NCBI GenBank assembly: GCA_030704615.1
Contig: CM060732.1
Location: 37,076,001 to 37,140,000 of the forward strand
Reading direction: 5' to 3'
DNA: 64,000 nt
Origin: Takakia lepidozioides
Taxonomy: Eukaryota; Plantae; Bryophyta
The position numbers and the translations under genes were made by a program. Of this stretch, positions 58,481 through 64,000 are shown one piece after another. The notes beneath the pieces are model-generated. The model saw only the letters and a list, made by a program, of their open reading frames with translations. It did not search any database and was not told the origin of the DNA. Positions within the stretch are counted from its first letter, which is position 1; the number at the start of each line of letters is the position of its first letter.

Positions 58481-61400
58481 TTTCTGAGATGTCCTGTAGG
58501 ATATAAAGGGGATGATTGATGATTGATGATGTACATGGAATATATATACATTGGAGGTGGTTGGGTGGACCGGGAGTGTTGCCCGGTACCGTGCTGTTAG
58601 AGCTAAGTGAAGCAGAGATAAATGATTATTGATGTATCCGGTTACGATTGAGAACAGAGAAGTGGACATCATGATATTGTCTGCCTCCTGTTTGCCCACG
58701 GTCTGCAGGATGCCCAGGGAGGTGCAGGGAACCAGATAGCAGGTTTCGGCCTTCATATTAATATCACATGTATACGTTCTATATCAACCCTTAGAGGCCG
58801 TTTTGGGCCACATCCTCTTATTCTAGTCCCTCTACAGTCCTTGGATTGCACGAAATCCAACGTGAAAATTGGAAAGTAGGGAGGATGCTCCTGCCCATAA
58901 GGTCATCTCTGATTTTGCTCTTGGGCACGTAGTGAAGTGAAATAGCTATGTCCGATACAAGTTCAATAAGGCAAGGCAGTTGGGAGGAAGTTGAGAAGGC
59001 AAGTGTGCTTCCTAGTGCACGCGGACAAGCCTGGCTTCGGCGCGTGGCCATGGTGGCTATTTCCATTAGGTTATATTTTAATATGGTATAGTTGGCCCGA
59101 ACTTCGGAGGTCATGAACAAAGTTCCCGCCAGAAGTTGTGTGTGCGCGCTGTCCATCTTGCTCACATCCTCGACCCTACGTCAGCCTTCCCACGGCCCTT
59201 CCATCACACTCCCTTCACACTGGAAGTAAATTGCAGCAGCCGAGCGTAAAGATGCCTCTCTCAACTCTGTATCCTCTTTCCTTCATTTTCTTTTTATCAA
59301 CTCCATATTAAACATAATTTGAATCAACCCAGCATTTGAGTACACTTATTGGAAATACATTATACATATAGGTGAAGTAGATACATACACTATAAATACA
59401 TACACTTATTGGATCAACCCAGCATTTAAGTACACTTATTGAAAATAGACCTGATATTTAAAGATGCACAATTGAAGACTGAGAGCCAAATTACAACCTC
59501 CATGCATCCAGAGTAGACATGAAGTAATTGTCAAGTCAGTCGCCTAAGAGAAACCTCTACAACTCTCAATCAAGAATGGCCCCAGTGATTTAGGCATAAA
59601 GATCATACCAACATATTTACAACATATCATTAACTGAGTATTGCAAGGGATAGCATCCCAGCCATTGTTGACAGAATGGGTGAGGAAGGGAAGGCATCCC
59701 ATCTAGTGTTTTGGACTTCCCCTTCATTGATCCATGCACATTCGGGAGTGTGAGCAGTAGAATCCCCAGTGCTGAGCCACCCTCCGTTAATGATTTTTGT
59801 TGAATCTGTCAAACCCTCGTCTGATCCTCCAGCCCTCTTTGGCAATGGCATTCACTTGGTGCTTAGCTCTTTTAATATTGTGTGCACATCCGTTGGTGCT
59901 ATTAGTAGGCTACACACTGAATCCTGCATGAAATAGAGCAAGTCGAAGGATAAACACATTGAGATGTATCCATAGATGCAACAGGGTTGTTGGGTAATCA
60001 AAAGCAGAATTTCTTGAAAGACATGTTGTGTAGTGGAAGAAGATGGTGCATGAAAGACTCCATGATTTGTCTGCGGATGCTGCCAATGCAAGTCAATCTT
60101 TACTCCTGTTCCAAGAGGGGCTTCTTTTCCCCACATATGCAGCCATCACAGCCTCCAAACTATCGGTGATACCCTTGCTTGCTGTATCCATGAACCTTCT
60201 GATTGGTTTATGGACGGTAGAGAAAGTAAAATCAGAGAATGGAGGCTATAAATTCACTTTTGTAGCTGCCATTTCAAAGCAAATTCCCATGGACATATAA
60301 AACACTTATAGGAAACACCCAACTCAGCTTATCACACAGTTCATATGCTCAATTGCGTCTGCTACTCTCTGTAATCTACCAGACTTTCATCTTTTTGCCT
60401 CCATTGTCCCATCATTAATTGGGTCAGAAAAGTATACATTCCACAGCTTCTCCTCGTCTCTATTACCTGTTTTTGGATACTTTCCTGTTGTCACATTGGC
60501 AGTATCATGTCAAAATCACTCCAAACTATCAAAGATTCATTCAACCAGCTAACTTGCAGAATTCAATATGGAAATTTAGGGCCGATTCTGATAAGAGGGA
60601 AAAACAGGGTGAAATGTGTTGAAGAAGGTGCCTTGAGTAGCAGTGCCTAATTTTATCAATTGTGTCGCTACTGCTGCGGCATCCAGTTGACCATCTACCC
60701 ATGCAGGTATCTTGTAGCTATCCTTCCACATGGAACCATAGGTAATCTGGAGCTTGAAATCCGGCCCTCTTGGATGGATCTGGACCCATGTCACTCTATC
60801 CCTGCTCCTTCAGCTATCCATGTCTCTGCACAAATCATGCATACATCTTTGTCTTGCTGCTAGCAGCAAACAATAACAGCATAAAATTGTTCCAGCAAAC
60901 ATCCCAACCCTACTTATCGCACTAATGTGCTAGATTTTATAACCTTGAATTGCAAAGTTTTCCCGAGCTGGGAAACTGCTGGACAAAACTGCGGCATCGC
61001 ACACTTCTACACCTCTAAGTTAGTTCAACCTAGTTCACTCTACCTAACACTACATTTTCCTCAATTCACACCGTGGAGAGGATCAACAATCACCAATACA
61101 CACTCTGTGATTAAAGCATAAAAGATTGTCAAAACCCCACACATGCAAAAGGCCTAAATCTTTGTGCGCTCCTCTTCCCAAGCTACACATCTCATTAACA
61201 ACGAGGCCACACAATGGCATGAGTACTATGGAGTATTTCTTGAGCTTGTAGCTGCTGCCAGAGACTCAGATGAGGAAAGGCTTTCCAGCATGGAATGGAA
61301 TAATGTCTCATTTGATACAGTTCATGTGTCCTAAGCTCAAGTCCACAAATGCCATCCCACAAGCAGAGTTGCAACCGGCGGTCACCTGGAGAGGAGCACA

Positions 61401-62299
61401 ATCTTGAGATACTAACCCACAACTCAAAACCTTGTGCTCTCTGGACACTTATCAGTTCAACCAAGAATAAAACAATCTGGCCCCTTCCAGCTGAACTTGG
61501 TGGTGTCATCCTGGTTCCATTATTCTGTTGAATAGGGCCAGTGGCCAACTTGGCTTTCAATGGCACAAATACAATGCTCTCTCGAGTCAGTGGAGAAGCA
61601 TACCCCTAGGTATACAAGGGCGAGGAGCAAGTGCAGATGACTCTTTTAAAGATGCACACAGTCCGGGTGAAACCTTCTTAATCCAAAGAGGGTCCATAAA
61701 CGTCATGGATACTTTCACATGGGCAGTAATTTGTCAAAGTCACTCCAAACCACCATAGATCCACCCAACGAGCTAAATTAGATAATTCAATATGCATCTT
61801 AGGGCCGAGTCTGATGAGCGGGCAAAACAGGCTGAAAATAGGTCGAAGAAGAAGGCGCCATCATCACATTGTCCTTGACAGGTCTTGTGTCATGACCCAT
61901 GGAGGATTTGACCGACCATCACCCAAAATGACCTCTTGTGTGTGCTGCTTGTGTCTGTAGTCAGGTGATGTCGGATTGGTCTGTGAGAAATATGAACCAC
62001 GGTGCAGCTGAGCAGGCAGATTGAAACATGGTCTGGTAAAACCAAGCTGACTCTCCCAACAACCTTGTAAACATCAAGAAGAATACCAAATCGTGATGCT
62101 AACAGGAGCCAAGAGCCCACATTTGCAGGATGGACAAACATCTTTACATTGTACATTAAGAAAAGCCACACCTTGCAATTGTGGTTGTCCCACCATCGTG
62201 CAAACTCTAGCTCTCATGCGGTGTACTCAGAATCTGCAAATGTCTCCCTCCGCGCTCAAGCACCCCGCGGTGCAAGACGCCTGTCAAGTTATTTTACCA

Positions 62300-64000
62300 C
62301 TAGTGTGAAACTAGCTAGGAAATAGCTAGCTTTTACATATTGACATTTGGGATTGGCCCAAGTGTCAATCCGGGGTCAAGGCAGATTTAGGCCCTGGAGT
62401 GGTTATCTTCATGGCAAGCGCGGGAGGCTCATCTTTCTCGAGTTGAGCCTCACCGCGCCTAGCTATGGCGCCGTAGTGTGGATTCCCCATGGCGTGGGGT
62501 GCACTTGGCTTGACTTGTATTTGAGTGATGAGGTTATATATGCATGAGTTTATGCTTCAACTTTGTGAGCTCTCATGAGCTTGTGCTTGTATGTCTTCTT
62601 CTTCTTTATCACTCGAGAAAGATCAGCTCGAGTTTGTGAGTGCCAGGTTCGAGTTGTTTTGTAGCACTTGTGTTTTCATGAGAAGCGGTTCAGCCTAGAG
62701 TGCAGGGATTCGTGCATGAGCCTATCCAAAGTGGATAGAGTGCAAAGGCGAACAGGTTGCAGGTTTGCAATGGATAGAGAGGCGGGTAGCCTATGTTGAA
62801 GAGCGGCGTTGCATAGCTCAACGCTATGGCAACCAAGTTTGGGCTTCTAGTGTGAAGTGGGGGAGATGCTGGTCTCGAGTGGACGAACTGGTGGTCGTCT
62901 TCTTCAGCTGCAGGCCGAGTTAAGGAGCTGCAGCAATGTGGAGCTACGAGGGTGTTAGATGCAAGTCACAGTGATCGGGAGCTCCAACTTCAAGCTCATA
63001 AGGAGGTATGAATGAAGAGAGATGGTTGATTTCTCTTGTATGCAAGCCAATGCATTTGTGGCTATGTTGAGTTGGGGGTTTCAATCTGAAACTCCAGCGG
63101 TATGAGGGCTCTTGTCATTGCAAGAGTAGGGCTGGAACAAGAGCTAAGAGGTGCGGCAAGGCCATGGAATGTACACCTAGGGTTTCAGAGCTTGGAAGAA
63201 GAGCTCTTGCACCACAAGAGGAGTGTCTTGTGGCTGGAAATGTAAGCCTTAGGGTTTCAGGAGCTTGGCAAGGGCTGTGGAGTGCTTAGTCTTGTCTTAG
63301 AGAGCATCAAGGAGCCAAGGAGCCAAGATAAGGGGCTGATATCTCTTGTGTGAAGAGGTTGCATGTGTGGAGCATGTATTCGGCTCATTGAAGCTTACAT
63401 CTTCAAGTTTGAAGGGCAAGCAAGGAAGAGGGAAGGGCTGACCTCCCTTATGTGAGGGCAATGCATGTGTGGAGCATGCTATCAGCCTGGTGAAGGCTTG
63501 CACTTTCAGGTCTGGGAGTGCAAGAAAGGAAGGAAGGGGCTGGTTTCCCTGTAGGTCATGTGTAGAGCATGCTTTCAGCCTGCTGCAGCTTGTATTTTCA
63601 GGTCTGTGGGTGCAAGAAAGGAAGCAAAAAGGGCTGATTCTCTTGTGGCGAGAGTAGGGCATGTGTGGAGCATGCCTTCAGTCCATTGGGCTTTTGTTTT
63701 CAAGCTTTAGAGAGCTAAAACGGAAGGTCTAGGGCTGGTTTCCACTTGGAGTGAAAGAAAAGCACTTGTAGGGCCTATGTGAGTTGGGGTTTCAACTTCA
63801 AGCTTGAAGGGAGCGCAACTCTTGAAGCAGCAGGTGTAGGGGGCTGGAATAGGCTCTAAGACAGATGCTATGGCCAAGGAGAGTGCTTGAATGAGTGCTC
63901 ACAAGGGCTGGGAACCAGCAGGGCTTGGTTGTTTGCCATTGAGTTTAGTGGCGTGTTTGGGGAGGCTAAGTGAGAAAGAAGGCTTGGTTTGTGGCAACCA
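62300..64000. repeat. Repetitive non-coding region, probably the LTR/UTR of a larger element continuing beyond the window; includes a ~100-bp tandem subrepeat
   Basis: GCATGTGTGGAGCATG or a variant at about 63361, 63463, 63557, 63659; repeated TAGGGTTTCAG and GAGTTGGGGTTTCAA; no credible ORF. Confidence 0.45.

Noticed and set aside
59323-59447. Short direct repeats (ATCAACCCAGCATTT..GTACACTTATTG)
   Set aside because: A simple local AT-rich duplication with no further structure.

Overview
Eukaryotic nuclear DNA from a land plant, probably a non-seed plant. That is an inference from the DYW-PPR style, the L1 type and the compact GT-AG introns; the species cannot be determined here. Host genes: the 3' end of a PLS-class PPR-DYW RNA-editing factor (<1-671), a 10-exon A-type cyclin (16070-19527), an ACD11-type GLTP-fold lipid transfer gene (minus strand, 21081-22710) head-to-head with a SWI2/CHR9-type SNF2 ATPase (23387-30267), a 5-exon glutathionyl-hydroquinone reductase (35020-38680), and an intron-containing tRNA-Tyr with atypical changes (50174-50256). 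Mobile and repeated DNA: a 14-kb same-orientation stack of four L1-clade LINEs or fragments (990-14990); two more truncated LINE 3' ends that share a conserved terminal module with them; a 3.25-kb TIR element with a 5-bp TSD just upstream of the reductase gene; small hairpin/MITE-like elements; a SINE-like element; a Copia relic; and several tandem arrays, including one of about 10 x 160 bp. A 2.1-2.4 kb tandem duplication carries an unrecognised ~162-aa ORF in both copies. No prokaryote-type system (CRISPR etc.) is present. The best leads are the conserved LINE 3'-terminal module and head-to-tail stack, the extra ORF1 domain, the 5-bp-TSD element, the duplicated orphan ORF and the 160-bp array.
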